Below are positions 1 to 10,015 of a DNA stretch of 32,000 nucleotides, piece after piece. This DNA comes from Telmatocola sphagniphila (lineage in GTDB: Bacteria > Planctomycetota > Planctomycetia > Gemmatales > Gemmataceae). The notes below the pieces were generated by a model, which did not search any database, was not told the DNA's origin, and saw only the letters and a list, made by a program, of their open reading frames with translations. The translations under genes were made by a program, and so were the position numbers. The number at the start of each line of letters is the position of its first letter. The first letter of the stretch is position 1. The stretch lies in NCBI RefSeq assembly GCF_018398935.1, contig NZ_CP074694.1:780001-812000 (forward strand). Reading direction: 5' to 3'.

Positions 1-1039
1 ATTTTTGCAAAGTTCCCTGAAGCAGGCTGAGTGTGATTTTGTCGCAGCGAAGCGCCCGCATCAACGGATCTTTTTCCAGTTTTTCGATCAGCGATTTCTT
101 TCCGATGATGATTCCGCACTGCGGACCACCGAGCAATTTGTCGCCACTGAACAGGACCAGATCAGCTCCTGCCTGGATACTCCGTGGTACCAGAGGTTCG
201 TCGTTCATCCCAAACGGTGTTAAAGGTATTAACACACCACTCCCCACATCATCCACCACGGGCAGATTGTGCTTGTGACCGAGTTCCACCAGTTCTTCCA
301 GCGAAGGGCTTTCCGTAAAGCCGCGGATACGAAAATTGCTCTGATGAATTCGCATCAGCAAGGCAGTTTGAGGCTGAATTGCTTTTTCGAAATCCTTTAT
401 TCGAGTGATATTGGTCGTGCCCACCTCGCGAAGTTTCGCGCCGCTCACTTCCATGATTTCCGGTATGCGGAAACTGCCTCCGATTTCCACGAGTTGGCCT
501 CGCGAGACAATGACTTCCCGGCTCGAGGCCAGCGCGCGTAAGACAAGAATAGTAGCCGCCGCACAGTTGTTGACGACAGTGGCTGATTCGCAGCCGGTGA
601 GTTGCTGGAGGAATTCCCGAATAGGTTTCTGCCGCTGCGATCGAACTCCGCTTTCCAGATCGACTTCGAGGTTGCAGTACTGTCCCGCTTTTCTTGTCGC
701 TTCGTGGAGCAATTGAGAATCGATGGGAGCTCGACCGAGATTGGTGTGCAGAATGATGCCGGTTGCATTAATGACTTCATTCAGCTGATGGAGCGGGCGA
801 ATTTGCAGTTCCTTAACGATCGCATGTCGGGCTTCTTCCAACCAGACGGGGACATCGATTTCCTCGCCCTGTAGTATTCTTTGTCGAATGGCCTCCAGCG
901 ACCTTCGGCAGATGTCGACCCGATCTTCGTCTCGACAGCCGATCGCGCCAAATTTCGCTTCCCAGGCAACAATCTGGTCGACCAGGGAATTAACCGCCGG
1001 CAGCGAGCGCAGTCGAATCTGAATGGCAGGATCTTTCAT
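1..1039 (-). CDS. selA: L-seryl-tRNA(Sec) selenium transferase (SelA), C-terminal end cut by the window edge
   Basis: Absent from the ORF track because it has no stop inside the window. Manual minus-strand translation from the ATG at 1039-1037 is open to position 1. It reads [22 protein letters not shown]...NATGIILHTNLGRAP...ESATVVNNCAAA...VSRGQLVEIGGSFRIPEIM...DDVGSGVL...LVLFSGDKLLGGPQCGIIIGKK, the SelA pattern including the PLP-lysine context SGDKLLGGPQ. The start overlaps the selB stop (ATGA at 1039-1036). Confidence 0.85.
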   Translation of the reverse strand, partial: MKDPAIQIRLRSLPAVNSLVDQIVAWEAKFGAIGCRDEDRVDICRRSLEAIRQRILQGEEIDVPVWLEEARHAIVKELQIRPLHQLNEVINATGIILHTNLGRAPIDSQLLHEATRKAGQYCNLEVDLESGVRSQRQKPIREFLQQLTGCESATVVNNCAAATILVLRALASSREVIVSRGQLVEIGGSFRIPEIMEVSGAKLREVGTTNITRIKDFEKAIQPQTALLMRIHQSNFRIRGFTESPSLEELVELGHKHNLPVVDDVGSGVLIPLTPFGMNDEPLVPRSIQAGADLVLFSGDKLLGGPQCGIIIGKKSLIEKLEKDPLMRALRCDKITLSLLQGTLQK

Positions 1040-2973
1040 GAATTCGCGACCTGGAGAAAGCGTAAATCGCCCTCGCGGTGAGTAAAGCCAATGCGGTCGA
1101 GGTATTCGCACAAGGGTACCGCGAACTTTCGCGTTGTCCCCAGGATATCGCGAATCTCGGCTACGGTGATGCCCCGTCCCGATGCCAGGACCTGTCGAAC
1201 CGCTTCCCGCATACTGGCCTCTGCGTCCGCATGCAGATAAATCTCATGGGACACACGAACCAGGAGGCCCTCGGCCACCGCTACAGCAAATATATCTTCG
1301 AGGCTTTCTGCATTACCACCCGCCAGATTTGCAAAGCTGCGTGGCTCGGGAGGGGCAAACCCGGCCGTTCTCAAGGATTCGATAATTCGATCCTTCAACT
1401 TCTTTTGATTCTGGCTCAACTTGGGTTTGAAATCCGAGCAGGCAATCCGGCGATTATCTCCCGAGATTTTCTTGAGCCGGATTAATTCCTCGATTCCCCA
1501 ATCGATCAGTCCCTCATCCCCGATGTAGGCCAGTTGCGAGATGACTTTTTGCCGATCGTGGTGCGAGAGCAGAGGAGCCTCGGAGTGGAGTTTCGCCAGC
1601 ACCGCCAGAATCCGCTCTTCCAATTCGTCCCAGCGTTCCCTGTGCAGCAGAATCCGCCGCTCGGTCTGCTCGATGGATAGCCATTTCCCGTTCTGAATCA
1701 AAGAGTTTTCAACTTCCGCCAACTGACTCGGGGCAATACCGGCCTCCCGAACCAGATCGACGCGGGTAAGTCCATGATAATTGCGAAACCAGACGACCGC
1801 TTCCGCCCGCTCCATAATGTCATTTGACCGGAGTCTGTCCATCCACTGAAGCATCTCCGGCTGGCTTCGCCGGATTTTCAGTCCGGTGGGCTGCAGAACC
1901 TGTCCGCCTCCCAGCGTTGTCTCAGCCGAAGAGTTTCGCAAAACGAAGGGCTGTCCCCAAATGGCGGTAACCGATTCTTTTAGAAAGAGCTGTGCCAAGC
2001 CGGACTGACCGGGATTGAGTAGTTCGGCGTTCAACAGTGAAACCGTCACCATTACCTCGGCGGTACCAATGTGCAGGCGGGCTTCGGTTCGGTGCTTAAT
2101 CGAATGACGCTGATCTTTCAAAGCCAGCAATTGAACGCTCAACACCTTGCTGGCTTTCAAATATCCCGGTTTGGCCAACTCCTGGCCACGCTTCACCTCT
2201 TCCAGAGGCACCCCGACCAGATTGATCGCGGCCCGCATTCCTTCCTGTATCTGGGAGACGACCTGGTCATGGTTTTGGAGACTCCGGGTGCGGACAAGTT
2301 GCCCTTTAGGAAGCCATTCTAATTCTACCCCAACCGCGAGGGTTCCCGAGGAGACCGAACCGGTTACCACGGTGCCATGTCCCTGAACTATGAAGGCTCG
2401 GTCGATCGCAAGTCGGAACCACTCGCTGGCTTGTTTCTGTTCAATTTGATCGCAGCATATCTTCAAAGCCTCTTTTAAATCCCTGATGCCGTTGCCCTGG
2501 GTCGCCGAGGTGCGAATGATTGGACTTTCCGAGAGAAAACAATCTCGCACCAATTCGCGAATTTCCATTTCCCGCAGTTGCAGGGTGATCTCATCCACGA
2601 GATCAGTTTTCGTGAGGGCGATGACCCCCTGTTGAAGCTGGAGAAGCCGCAGAATTTCGAGGTGTTCGCGGGTCTGCGGCATCACGCCATCGTCGGCCGC
2701 GATTACCAGAATTGCCAGATCGATACCCGTTGCGCCGGCCAGCATATTGCGGATGAATCGTTCGTGCCCCGGCACGTCGACGATGCCGAGGTGATAGCCG
2801 TCGAGATCGAGTTTGGCGAACCCGATGTCGATCGTGATTCCCCGGGCTTTTTCTTCTGGCAGCCGGTCGCAGTCGACTCCAGTGAGGGCTTTTACCAGGG
2901 AGGTTTTGCCGTGATCGATATGCCCGGCCGTACCCAAAATCAATTCGCGTGGCATCCAGGTATCCAAGTTCAC
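1036..2973 (-). CDS. selB: selenocysteine-specific translation elongation factor SelB
   Basis: 645-aa ORF with GTPase motifs [16 protein letters not shown] and TKTD, followed by a long C-terminal extension as in bacterial SelB. It is translationally coupled to selA. The true start may be Met7 at 2955 ([12 protein letters not shown]). Confidence 0.9.
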   Translation of the reverse strand: MNLDTWMPRELILGTAGHIDHGKTSLVKALTGVDCDRLPEEKARGITIDIGFAKLDLDGYHLGIVDVPGHERFIRNMLAGATGIDLAILVIAADDGVMPQTREHLEILRLLQLQQGVIALTKTDLVDEITLQLREMEIRELVRDCFLSESPIIRTSATQGNGIRDLKEALKICCDQIEQKQASEWFRLAIDRAFIVQGHGTVVTGSVSSGTLAVGVELEWLPKGQLVRTRSLQNHDQVVSQIQEGMRAAINLVGVPLEEVKRGQELAKPGYLKASKVLSVQLLALKDQRHSIKHRTEARLHIGTAEVMVTVSLLNAELLNPGQSGLAQLFLKESVTAIWGQPFVLRNSSAETTLGGGQVLQPTGLKIRRSQPEMLQWMDRLRSNDIMERAEAVVWFRNYHGLTRVDLVREAGIAPSQLAEVENSLIQNGKWLSIEQTERRILLHRERWDELEERILAVLAKLHSEAPLLSHHDRQKVISQLAYIGDEGLIDWGIEELIRLKKISGDNRRIACSDFKPKLSQNQKKLKDRIIESLRTAGFAPPEPRSFANLAGGNAESLEDIFAVAVAEGLLVRVSHEIYLHADAEASMREAVRQVLASGRGITVAEIRDILGTTRKFAVPLCEYLDRIGFTHREGDLRFLQVANS

Positions 2974-3037
2974 CTTGCGTATTGGTGGCTGAAGGGATAA
3001 ACAAACAGCCTGGAATTAATCATACGAGGATTGCTCG

Positions 3038-3628
3038 ATGCTCGGCACGCAAATGGATGCTCGCGCTTTTATGGAACGGGTTGCTCACGAACTCGGCAGG
3101 GTCAACCCCGCGGAAATCCATCGCCTCTCGGAACTTTGTTACGAATGCTACGAGAACGGAAAATTCGTTTTCGTCATCGGTAATGGCGGGAGTGGATCCA
3201 ACGCTTCCCACTTCTGCGAAGACATGGGAAAGGGAACGCTCAAACGTTCCGATTTCGATAACGACAGTAAAAAGCGGCTCAAGGTGTTGAGCCTGACCGA
3301 CAACACGCCGTACATTCTGGCCTGGGGTAACGACGAGGGCTTCGACCGCGTCTTCGTCGAGCAGTTGAAGAACCTGGCCTCTCCCGGCGACCTCTTGATT
3401 GCCATCAGCGGTTCGGGGAACTCACCGAATATTCTGCGGGCGGTCGAATGGGCAAATAAGCACGATCTCACTACCTATGGCTGCACTGGCTTTACCGGCG
3501 GCAAACTGCAAAGTCTAGCCAAATATAACTTCCATGTACCGCTGGACGATATGGGTATTGTGGAATCGATTCATCTCACCGCTTTTCACTGGGTGGTGGA
3601 CGACTGCCATCGCCGAATTTCGCTGTAA
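3038..3628 (+). CDS. gmhA: SIS-domain D-sedoheptulose-7-phosphate isomerase (GmhA-like)
   Basis: 196-aa ORF with [19 protein letters not shown] and [14 protein letters not shown], matching the GmhA/SIS phosphosugar-isomerase pattern. The remaining ADP-heptose genes lie 20 kb downstream in this window. Confidence 0.75.
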   Translation: MLGTQMDARAFMERVAHELGRVNPAEIHRLSELCYECYENGKFVFVIGNGGSGSNASHFCEDMGKGTLKRSDFDNDSKKRLKVLSLTDNTPYILAWGNDEGFDRVFVEQLKNLASPGDLLIAISGSGNSPNILRAVEWANKHDLTTYGCTGFTGGKLQSLAKYNFHVPLDDMGIVESIHLTAFHWVVDDCHRRISL

Positions 3629-3636
3629 TAAATCCC

Positions 3637-3669
3637 GAGGCGAGGCCCACGATCCAGTGGCTTCGCCTC
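3637..3669. terminator. putative stem-loop between convergent gmhA and yidC
   Basis: GAGGCGAGGCCCAC-gatcca-GTGGCTTCGCCTC. Hand-folded, this gives about 13 pairs with one bulged C and one G-U pair. It sits in the 67-bp gap between two convergent stop codons. There is no strong U-tract on either side. Confidence 0.35.
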
Positions 3670-3695
3670 TTGGAGTTAGTTTCCCGCTCTGTCGG

Positions 3696-6002
3696 TTACC
3701 GATCTTTTTTCTTGCGGTTCTTTCGCTCGGCCGGAGTCGTTGGTTTTTCCTTCTGATACTGCTTTTGCTTCTCCGCCTGCTCCATCACTTCCTTCATTCG
3801 ATCCCCGAGTTTCTTCCGCCATCCGGAAGCTTCCCGCTTCACCTTGGGCTTGTTATACTGTTCGGGAATAATTGGCACGCCATCTTCGCCTTTGACGAAT
3901 TTCGGCATGAACTTTTTCTCGATCAAACTCCAGATGGAACTGGCCATGAAGTAGAGACATAGACCCGAAGGAGATTTGTAGAACATCACCGCCATGAAAA
4001 TCATCATGAACTTCATGGTCTTCTGTTGCATCTTTTCCTGATCGGTCGTGGGGGTGGGCATCGACTTCATCATGGAAAAGAGCATCAGGCTCACAGTAAT
4101 GATCGGCAGGATATTGAAGTAGGGCCCCAGATAAAGTCCGCTGCCCAGACCTTCGGGCACGCTGATCATCGGAATGTTTTCCGACCAGAAGGCCAGCATG
4201 TCGGGAGCGCCGAGGTTCTGAATCCAGAGGAAGGGTTCGAGCCGGAAGAAAATACTTTCCTGCAACGCGTAATACAGGCCCATGAAAATCGGCATCTGCA
4301 TCAAAACCAGAAAACAACCGTTCATCATGGTCGCGGGGTTGATCCCGGCACTCAGCATGAGGCGGGTTTTTGCCTGATTGAAACCTTGGAAATCGTTGCC
4401 GAATTGTTCCTGCAGTTTTTTAAGTTCCGGGGCGATGCGGGCCATCTTGGCCTGCATAATCTGCTGGCTGATGGTCTGCTTACGGCTGAGCGGGAATAAC
4501 ATGCCGCGAACGATCAGTGTCACACAGACGATGCAGATGCCGCGAACCGGGATGAATAGATTCAGCAAGTGAAGCAATGAGTGAATGGTGTTAGTGACGA
4601 ATACGACGAGATCCGACCAGAAAATCGCGCTGGCGAAATCGCCCAGCCAGTTCGGCATCGGAGAATCGGTCATCACTTCCAGGTGGAGCGTATTTTTGTA
4701 ACGATCCACCAAATCCGGATCAACCGCTTTTTCGCCCTCAAGTTGCTTGAGCAGGCGCACTTTTACAGGACCGTGATAGAGCAGATACTGATGCGTGGTC
4801 GCCTTGTCGGGATTGATTTCCTCGCTGATCGCCCGAATGGTCAGATCATCCAGGAAGCTTTTCTCGGGAATCGGACGGTTGATCGGCGTTGAACGAATGA
4901 ACTCGATGAAGTTGCGGGCCTGGCCTTCGACCTGTAGGTTGTCCACGCACAGAATACTCGCGAAATACTGCACCATCGTCCCGGCCATCCGAATCTCCCG
5001 GCTGGAACGCTGACGCCGTTCTCCCCCTTCGGAGATTCGAACCGACTGGGCATCCTCCAGGACTCGCGTTGCCCGATCCTTCTGATCGACGTAGCCGACG
5101 ATGTTGGTCCGGTAGGTGCTGACGTACCATTCCCCTTCGATCGGGAGATTATTCGCCCCAACAATTTGGTAGCGGAATTTAGGAGCTTTCTTGGCGTCGA
5201 ATTCCTTGGGTAATCGCTCGGATTCCAGTCTCTGGATTTCGATTTTCATACCGATGTGGTAAGCGCCGCTCGCGACAGTAAAGGTCTTGCGGATTCGAAT
5301 GTAGTAGGGGGACAGCAACTCGGTTTCGAACACGACCTTCTGATCGTCGGCGTTCGGGTCGGGGCGTTCGACAACCTTCCAGGGAATCTTTCCCAGCAGA
5401 TCGACCGGGAAGTCATCTCCGGGCCGATCGTAGTGGTACATCACATAAGACGTGGGGGCCAGACTCTGAAGAACTTGGGGATCTTTCACCAACCCCGGTT
5501 TTAAATCGGGATAAGGCACATCCTTCTGCTCATGAATTTTTCGAGTTCGTTCGCGGAGGTAGCCGGGAACCAGATCCAACTTACGATATTCACCCGGGGC
5601 AACTTCCGATTTCAATCCTTCGCGATTCGCTTCGAGAAAGTCCGGCAGCACGACTTGTTGAATACCACCGCCGATGACGTTGGCCAAGACTTGAAGGTGC
5701 GAATGTTTGGGGCCGAAACCCAGCCCGATAAATTCCGGGGGCGATTTGGGAGCGACGGCGACCGGCGGTTTAGCCGGTTCTTTTTTCTCTTCGGGCTTGG
5801 GCGTTTCTTCGAGTCGGCTGCGGCGAATGAGATTGGAGGCGGGTGGCTCCCCGACAATCGCTCCCCCGGCCAAGGCGATGGCCGTTTCTTGACTCGGGGG
5901 GAGCGGTTTGGGCGGCCAGATCAGGTTCGACATGCTTTGCAGACCAATGAATAGTGCAAAGCAGGCTATCGCGGCGATCAAAGTTGTACGATTATTTTGC
6001 AT
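3696..6002 (-). CDS. yidC: membrane protein insertase YidC (long form with large periplasmic domain and Lys-rich C-terminal tail)
   Basis: 768-aa ORF with an N-terminal TM anchor and a large soluble domain. The C-terminal five-TM 60-kDa-IMP core reads RGMLFPLSRKQTISQQIMQAKMARIAPELKKLQEQF...GINPATMMNGCFLVLMQMPIFMGLYYAL. The tail is basic (KQKQYQKEKPTTPAERKNRKKKDR). Confidence 0.9.
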   Translation of the reverse strand: MQNNRTTLIAAIACFALFIGLQSMSNLIWPPKPLPPSQETAIALAGGAIVGEPPASNLIRRSRLEETPKPEEKKEPAKPPVAVAPKSPPEFIGLGFGPKHSHLQVLANVIGGGIQQVVLPDFLEANREGLKSEVAPGEYRKLDLVPGYLRERTRKIHEQKDVPYPDLKPGLVKDPQVLQSLAPTSYVMYHYDRPGDDFPVDLLGKIPWKVVERPDPNADDQKVVFETELLSPYYIRIRKTFTVASGAYHIGMKIEIQRLESERLPKEFDAKKAPKFRYQIVGANNLPIEGEWYVSTYRTNIVGYVDQKDRATRVLEDAQSVRISEGGERRQRSSREIRMAGTMVQYFASILCVDNLQVEGQARNFIEFIRSTPINRPIPEKSFLDDLTIRAISEEINPDKATTHQYLLYHGPVKVRLLKQLEGEKAVDPDLVDRYKNTLHLEVMTDSPMPNWLGDFASAIFWSDLVVFVTNTIHSLLHLLNLFIPVRGICIVCVTLIVRGMLFPLSRKQTISQQIMQAKMARIAPELKKLQEQFGNDFQGFNQAKTRLMLSAGINPATMMNGCFLVLMQMPIFMGLYYALQESIFFRLEPFLWIQNLGAPDMLAFWSENIPMISVPEGLGSGLYLGPYFNILPIITVSLMLFSMMKSMPTPTTDQEKMQQKTMKFMMIFMAVMFYKSPSGLCLYFMASSIWSLIEKKFMPKFVKGEDGVPIIPEQYNKPKVKREASGWRKKLGDRMKEVMEQAEKQKQYQKEKPTTPAERKNRKKKDR

Positions 6003-6261
6003 GATATCCGGTTGTCGAAACGAAAATCTAAGAGTCAGATTTTATAGGAATTTCGCCTCCATCGTTGACAGGATTTGAAGGAACTCCTGTTTTCCAGTTA
6101 AGAAAAGAGCCTTTCGCGGGAATGGATGAACTCCAGAACGAGTCCTCGACCGTTCGAAAACAGCAAACAATGGAAAGAAAGCCAATAGATGTGAAAGGAT
6201 AAAAATGTTCGCTTTCAGCAGCGTATTCTTGGTAAAATTTAATTGCTAAGTACTTTTTCTG

Positions 6262-6969
6262 TCAGCACTTGCAGGTTTTCTTCTTTTTGGTAAGGCTGCC
6301 GCGAGCTTTCGCTTTCTCAATGTACTCTGGCGCAGAGGGAACTTTACAGGAGGTGCCTCCCATCTCCACGGTCACTGGGCCGATCTTCTCTGCCACCTGA
6401 ACCGCTTTTTCGCTGAGCGGATTCACATAGGCACCCAGGGAGATCACGAAGCCATTCATCGTATAGCGGACGCGATTGGCCTCTTTATGAATCTCTTTGG
6501 GTATCTGCGAAAGGAGCTTGGTAAGGGCCGGGATATCCAGTTCCTCATCCGGCTTCATGCTGACCAGATTAGAGAAGGTCGACCAACCGGCAGCTGCGAC
6601 ACCCTCTTTTTTGGAACCGATCCACTTTTGACCCATGTCCCAACCGTGCGGTCCACTGGCGGCGACCCACGGCACGGTATATTCGCTCAGCATGTACCAG
6701 TAGGCTTCCTCTGCCCATAGCTGCAGCTGTTTTTTTGTCATTTTTTCGTCGTCGGCAATCAGGCCGGCGAGATACATTGCATCCGAAATGCCGGTCGCGT
6801 AAAGTTCCAGAGCCAGTTCGTAATTTTTCTTGATCCGCTTCTGGATCTTTTTCAAGTGCTCAACTTTAACGCCGAAAAAAGGCTCGCGCGCCCCGTGATT
6901 CATCAGAATTTTTTTGATCGACTCACTGCCGAGGCTCTTTAATTCCGAGACGATTTCATCGGCTTTCAT
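6262..6969 (-). CDS. DNA alkylation repair (AlkD-like HEAT-repeat) family protein
   Basis: 235-aa ORF. The N-terminal MKADEIVSELKSLGSESIKKILMNHGAREPFFGVKVEHLKKIQKRIKKNYELALELY pattern is typical of the DNA_alkylation family. Assignment is by recognition only. Confidence 0.65.
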   Translation of the reverse strand: MKADEIVSELKSLGSESIKKILMNHGAREPFFGVKVEHLKKIQKRIKKNYELALELYATGISDAMYLAGLIADDEKMTKKQLQLWAEEAYWYMLSEYTVPWVAASGPHGWDMGQKWIGSKKEGVAAAGWSTFSNLVSMKPDEELDIPALTKLLSQIPKEIHKEANRVRYTMNGFVISLGAYVNPLSEKAVQVAEKIGPVTVEMGGTSCKVPSAPEYIEKAKARGSLTKKKKTCKC

Positions 6970-6986
6970 TGGAGACCCCTTTGTCC

Positions 6987-7502
6987 TTACGCGGATTGTA
7001 GTCGCTTTCGAAGGATGCCCAGGTGATGCCGTTCGTGACCGGCCATCATGTAACCCAGGGCGCGAACGCTAACGGAATTGTTGCTGGCAATTCCCACCCG
7101 CAACAAATCCCCGGCCTTAAATCCCCGGAACATGAGAATGTTCGATCGACGTGTGAGATCGAATTCTTCGACCAGATCTTGCCAATTGCGCGAATCGTAT
7201 TCGGCAACCAGAGCGTAGGCATTTTCATCGAAGCCGGGCAGGGAGTTTTGGTCGCCGCGGGCGAAGCAGAGCGCCCGAAAGGCGAAGACCCTTTCGGTAT
7301 CAATCATATGTCCTAAAACCTGTTTCAAATTCCAGGTATAAGGCGGATGTACGATTTTGGAAACGGCTTCCGATACCGTTCTAAGAAATGGTATCGTCTC
7401 GGCCGGTCCTTTCTCCAAAGCCGGCAGAACATCCTCTTCATTAACCAGGTCGATGTAAGTATCGTAAAACCGACCATATTCACTTTTTTGTGGCTTTGGC
7501 AT
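6987..7502 (-). CDS. DinB-family (DinB_2-like) protein
   Basis: The track ORF (6987..7649) overlaps the upstream gene. I trimmed it to the ATG at 7502 (MPKPQKSEYGRFYDTYIDL). The His-containing helices LGHMIDTERVF and MAGHERHHLGIL fit the DinB four-helix metal-binding fold. Confidence 0.65.
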   Translation of the reverse strand: MPKPQKSEYGRFYDTYIDLVNEEDVLPALEKGPAETIPFLRTVSEAVSKIVHPPYTWNLKQVLGHMIDTERVFAFRALCFARGDQNSLPGFDENAYALVAEYDSRNWQDLVEEFDLTRRSNILMFRGFKAGDLLRVGIASNNSVSVRALGYMMAGHERHHLGILRKRLQSA

Positions 7503-7524
7503 AACCGGGCTCCAATCGTTTAGG

Positions 7525-8685
7525 CTATTTCGGTTTGGCAAATTCCTTGTAGGCCGCCTGACGGAATGCTCCCTGGCTTTCGCCACCTTTCCCCGGGTAT
7601 CCCGCATGCTGAACCAGCCAGACCAGCACCAAACCCGGTTTGGTTTCAACGCTCATGTTGGTCGATAAAGCGCCGCCATGTCCGAAGGACTCACCCGCCG
7701 AGAAACCCAGGCCGTAGTTGTCTTTGATTCCTTCCGCCGTTTGCTTTTTAGTCATTTCCTTAATCGAAGCTTCCGTCAGATATTGCTTGCCATCCAGTTT
7801 CCCGCCGTTGAGTAGCATCCGGCAGAATTTACTGACGTCGACGGCCGTGGAGAACAAACCTCCAGCGGGCATCGGCTGGCGTTTATGATCGTTCAGCGGA
7901 TAGGTGAGCTGGGAAATCGTGGTTTCTTCCAGATCGTTTTTCGCGGCATTTGGCCTGAAAGTTTTTGCGAGACGAGTCAGCTGTTCTTCATTCGGCCAGA
8001 AAGTAGTATCTTTCATTCCCAAGGGTTTGAAAAGCATTTCATCCATGTAGTCTTCGTATTTTTTACCGGTAACCACTTCGATGATGCGCGCGGCCGTGTT
8101 GATGCCCGCATTGGAATAATTGTATTTGGTACCGGGTTCTGTATTCAGCGGCGTCAACGCATAGCTGCGAACGGCATCCTTCAGGACCAGCATGTCCAAA
8201 GTGGGAGTCTCCAGGGAAGAGGCAAAAGGCATCCCGCTGGTATGGCTTAATACGTGTCGAACCGTGACGGGTGTTTTTGGCTTCTTCAATACGAGTTGAT
8301 CGTTCTTTTTCTCCGCAATCACCCATTGATTGTTGAATTCGGGCAAATACCGAGACACAGGATCATCCAGCTTCACTTTGCCCGATTCAATGAGCATCAT
8401 CAGGCCGACGGCCGTGATTGGCTTGGACTGGGAGGCGATCCAGAACAGACAATCCGCCTTCATCGGTTTCTTGGCGGCGATGTCGGCGAAACCGACCGTG
8501 TTGATGCTGAGAATTTTATCTTTGTCGGCGACCAGAGTAACGGCTCCGGCCAATTCATGTTTCTCCACAAAAGGTTGAAGCGCGTTCTGAATAGAAGGGG
8601 AACTGGCCGCTTCCTGAGCCTGGCTAGTACTCGGTAGCGCCAGCAAGGAGATAGTAAAAAGCATTGGCCGAATGAGATTTTTCAT
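7525..8685 (-). CDS. secreted serine hydrolase, beta-lactamase/transpeptidase-like (class C fold)
   Basis: 386-aa ORF with a signal peptide (MKNLIRPMLFTISLLALPSTSQA), the SxxK motif (ASQSKPIT) and the YxN motif (YNYSNAG). Confidence 0.8.
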   Translation of the reverse strand: MKNLIRPMLFTISLLALPSTSQAQEAASSPSIQNALQPFVEKHELAGAVTLVADKDKILSINTVGFADIAAKKPMKADCLFWIASQSKPITAVGLMMLIESGKVKLDDPVSRYLPEFNNQWVIAEKKNDQLVLKKPKTPVTVRHVLSHTSGMPFASSLETPTLDMLVLKDAVRSYALTPLNTEPGTKYNYSNAGINTAARIIEVVTGKKYEDYMDEMLFKPLGMKDTTFWPNEEQLTRLAKTFRPNAAKNDLEETTISQLTYPLNDHKRQPMPAGGLFSTAVDVSKFCRMLLNGGKLDGKQYLTEASIKEMTKKQTAEGIKDNYGLGFSAGESFGHGGALSTNMSVETKPGLVLVWLVQHAGYPGKGGESQGAFRQAAYKEFAKPK

Positions 8686-8789
8686 GAGAGGTCATCCGAG
8701 CGGAAGGAGTGTAACAAAAAAGATTTTATCGAAGACGATCGCGTCGGCGAATCATCGGTAGGATTAATCCGAGTTCGGCTGCAAAAAAA

Positions 8790-9260
8790 TTACGGCTGAG
8801 GATTGTCCAAATCCGCACAGCAGCGGCGAATCAATTCGGGAAGTTCGCGATTAATTTCCGTCTTCGAGAAAAATCCATCGATATCCCGGGATTCACCGAG
8901 TAATTTGTATTCTTCGAGATCGAAACCGGACATCAGATAGAGCCGGCTTTTGGGATTGAGCAGCTTGAGCGTTCGCGCGAACTCCGTCAATTCGTTTTCA
9001 GCAGCCGAGAGATCCAGTAGTACTAAATCGGGGATAAAACTATTTAGTAATTCTTGAGACTCCGCGATCGATCCGGCCGATTTAAACACCGACACTTCCG
9101 GCAATTTCCTGGCCAGTACCTCCAAGTACTTGATGATTGGAGGAGAGTCATCGACAATGAGAAGCCCAATCGATCTCAAAAGTGCATTCTTTCCGACTTC
9201 AGATACATCAGGTAGGATGCCAGCATGGGCATTCTCCTTTTGTAACAAAACCGGCGACAC
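8790..9260 (-). CDS. single-domain response regulator (receiver only) with about 30-aa N-terminal extension
   Basis: LLIVDDSPP, acceptor Asp in DLVLLDLS, LYLMSG and FFSKTE match receiver-domain signature positions. The track start is GTG, so the start is uncertain. This is the last gene of the minus-strand HK-like/RR/REC run. Confidence 0.65.
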   Translation of the reverse strand: MSPVLLQKENAHAGILPDVSEVGKNALLRSIGLLIVDDSPPIIKYLEVLARKLPEVSVFKSAGSIAESQELLNSFIPDLVLLDLSAAENELTEFARTLKLLNPKSRLYLMSGFDLEEYKLLGESRDIDGFFSKTEINRELPELIRRCCADLDNPQP

Positions 9261-9324
9261 TTGACGTCAAAAAAGAAACGATCTGAGGATCGAATTGAAA
9301 GATTCATTCTCTCGGAGATGAAAT

Positions 9325-9984
9325 TTACTGCTCGATGCCGACGATCCCGAGCCGCAGGGCGTAGCGGACCAGTCCGGCGAGATCGTGAATTTCTAATTTT
9401 TTCATCAGATGTGCGCGATGAGTCTCGACGGTTTTTACACCGATACCCAGAATCCGGGCGATCTCTTTGGTGCTTTTCCCTTCTGCCAGGAGTTTTAAGG
9501 TCTCACGCTGACGACTCGATAATTCTTCATAATCATTGAAAGTTGATCCGGACCGATATGAGCCCTTCAAGGACAAATCGGCTACCGCGGGGGTCAAATA
9601 GGTTTCCCCCTGCATGACCTCTTCTATGGCAGTCTGCAGTTCGTTGCAGCTGGCATCTTTGAGCAGGTAGCCGCTGGCGCCCAGTTGCAGGGCTTGTTCG
9701 ACATACTCCACATTCGAGTAAGAGGAGAGTATCACCACGTGAATCTGGGGATGTTGCGATTTCAGCCGCCAGGTCGTTTCCAGGCCGTTCATCCCGGCCA
9801 TGGCGATATCCATGAAGACGAGATCCGGCTTGAGTTCCGCGATGGCCTCGATCGCCTTCTCTCCCTCAGCAAACTCTCCGACGACTTCCACGCCTGGAAT
9901 TTTTTCCAGATAAGCGCGGATGCCGGCCCGGAGAATTGCGTGGTCGTCGACCAGCATTATGCGTCGATTGGCTACCGTAATCAT
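9325..9984 (-). CDS. NarL/LuxR-family DNA-binding response regulator
   Basis: Trimmed to the ATG at 9984 (MITVANRRIMLVDDHAILRAG). The receiver has DLVFMDIAMAGMNG, and the C-terminal LuxR HTH reads LSSRQRETLKLLAEGKSTKEIARILGIGVKTVETHRAHLMKKL. Confidence 0.85.
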   Translation of the reverse strand: MITVANRRIMLVDDHAILRAGIRAYLEKIPGVEVVGEFAEGEKAIEAIAELKPDLVFMDIAMAGMNGLETTWRLKSQHPQIHVVILSSYSNVEYVEQALQLGASGYLLKDASCNELQTAIEEVMQGETYLTPAVADLSLKGSYRSGSTFNDYEELSSRQRETLKLLAEGKSTKEIARILGIGVKTVETHRAHLMKKLEIHDLAGLVRYALRLGIVGIEQ

Positions 9985-10015
9985 GGGATCGCATTCTGTG
10001 AAAATGAAGTCTGCC

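Noticed and set aside
6003-6261. Unusually long (about 260 bp) gap upstream of yidC that might hide yidD/rnpA/rpmH or a small RNA
   Set aside because: Minus-strand translation gives only very short ORFs with no YidD-like Cys motif. I saw no convincing stem-loops or conserved RNA features, so it is most simply a promoter/leader region.
6987-7649. Long N-terminal extensions of track ORFs (DinB-like to 7649, peptidase to 16701, deiminase from 16453, NarL-RR to 10101, tandem kinase-like to 22616)
   Set aside because: The extensions overlap neighbouring genes or divergent promoters. Each is followed by an internal ATG that produces a sensible N-terminus (signal peptide or conserved family start), so I trimmed the coordinates.
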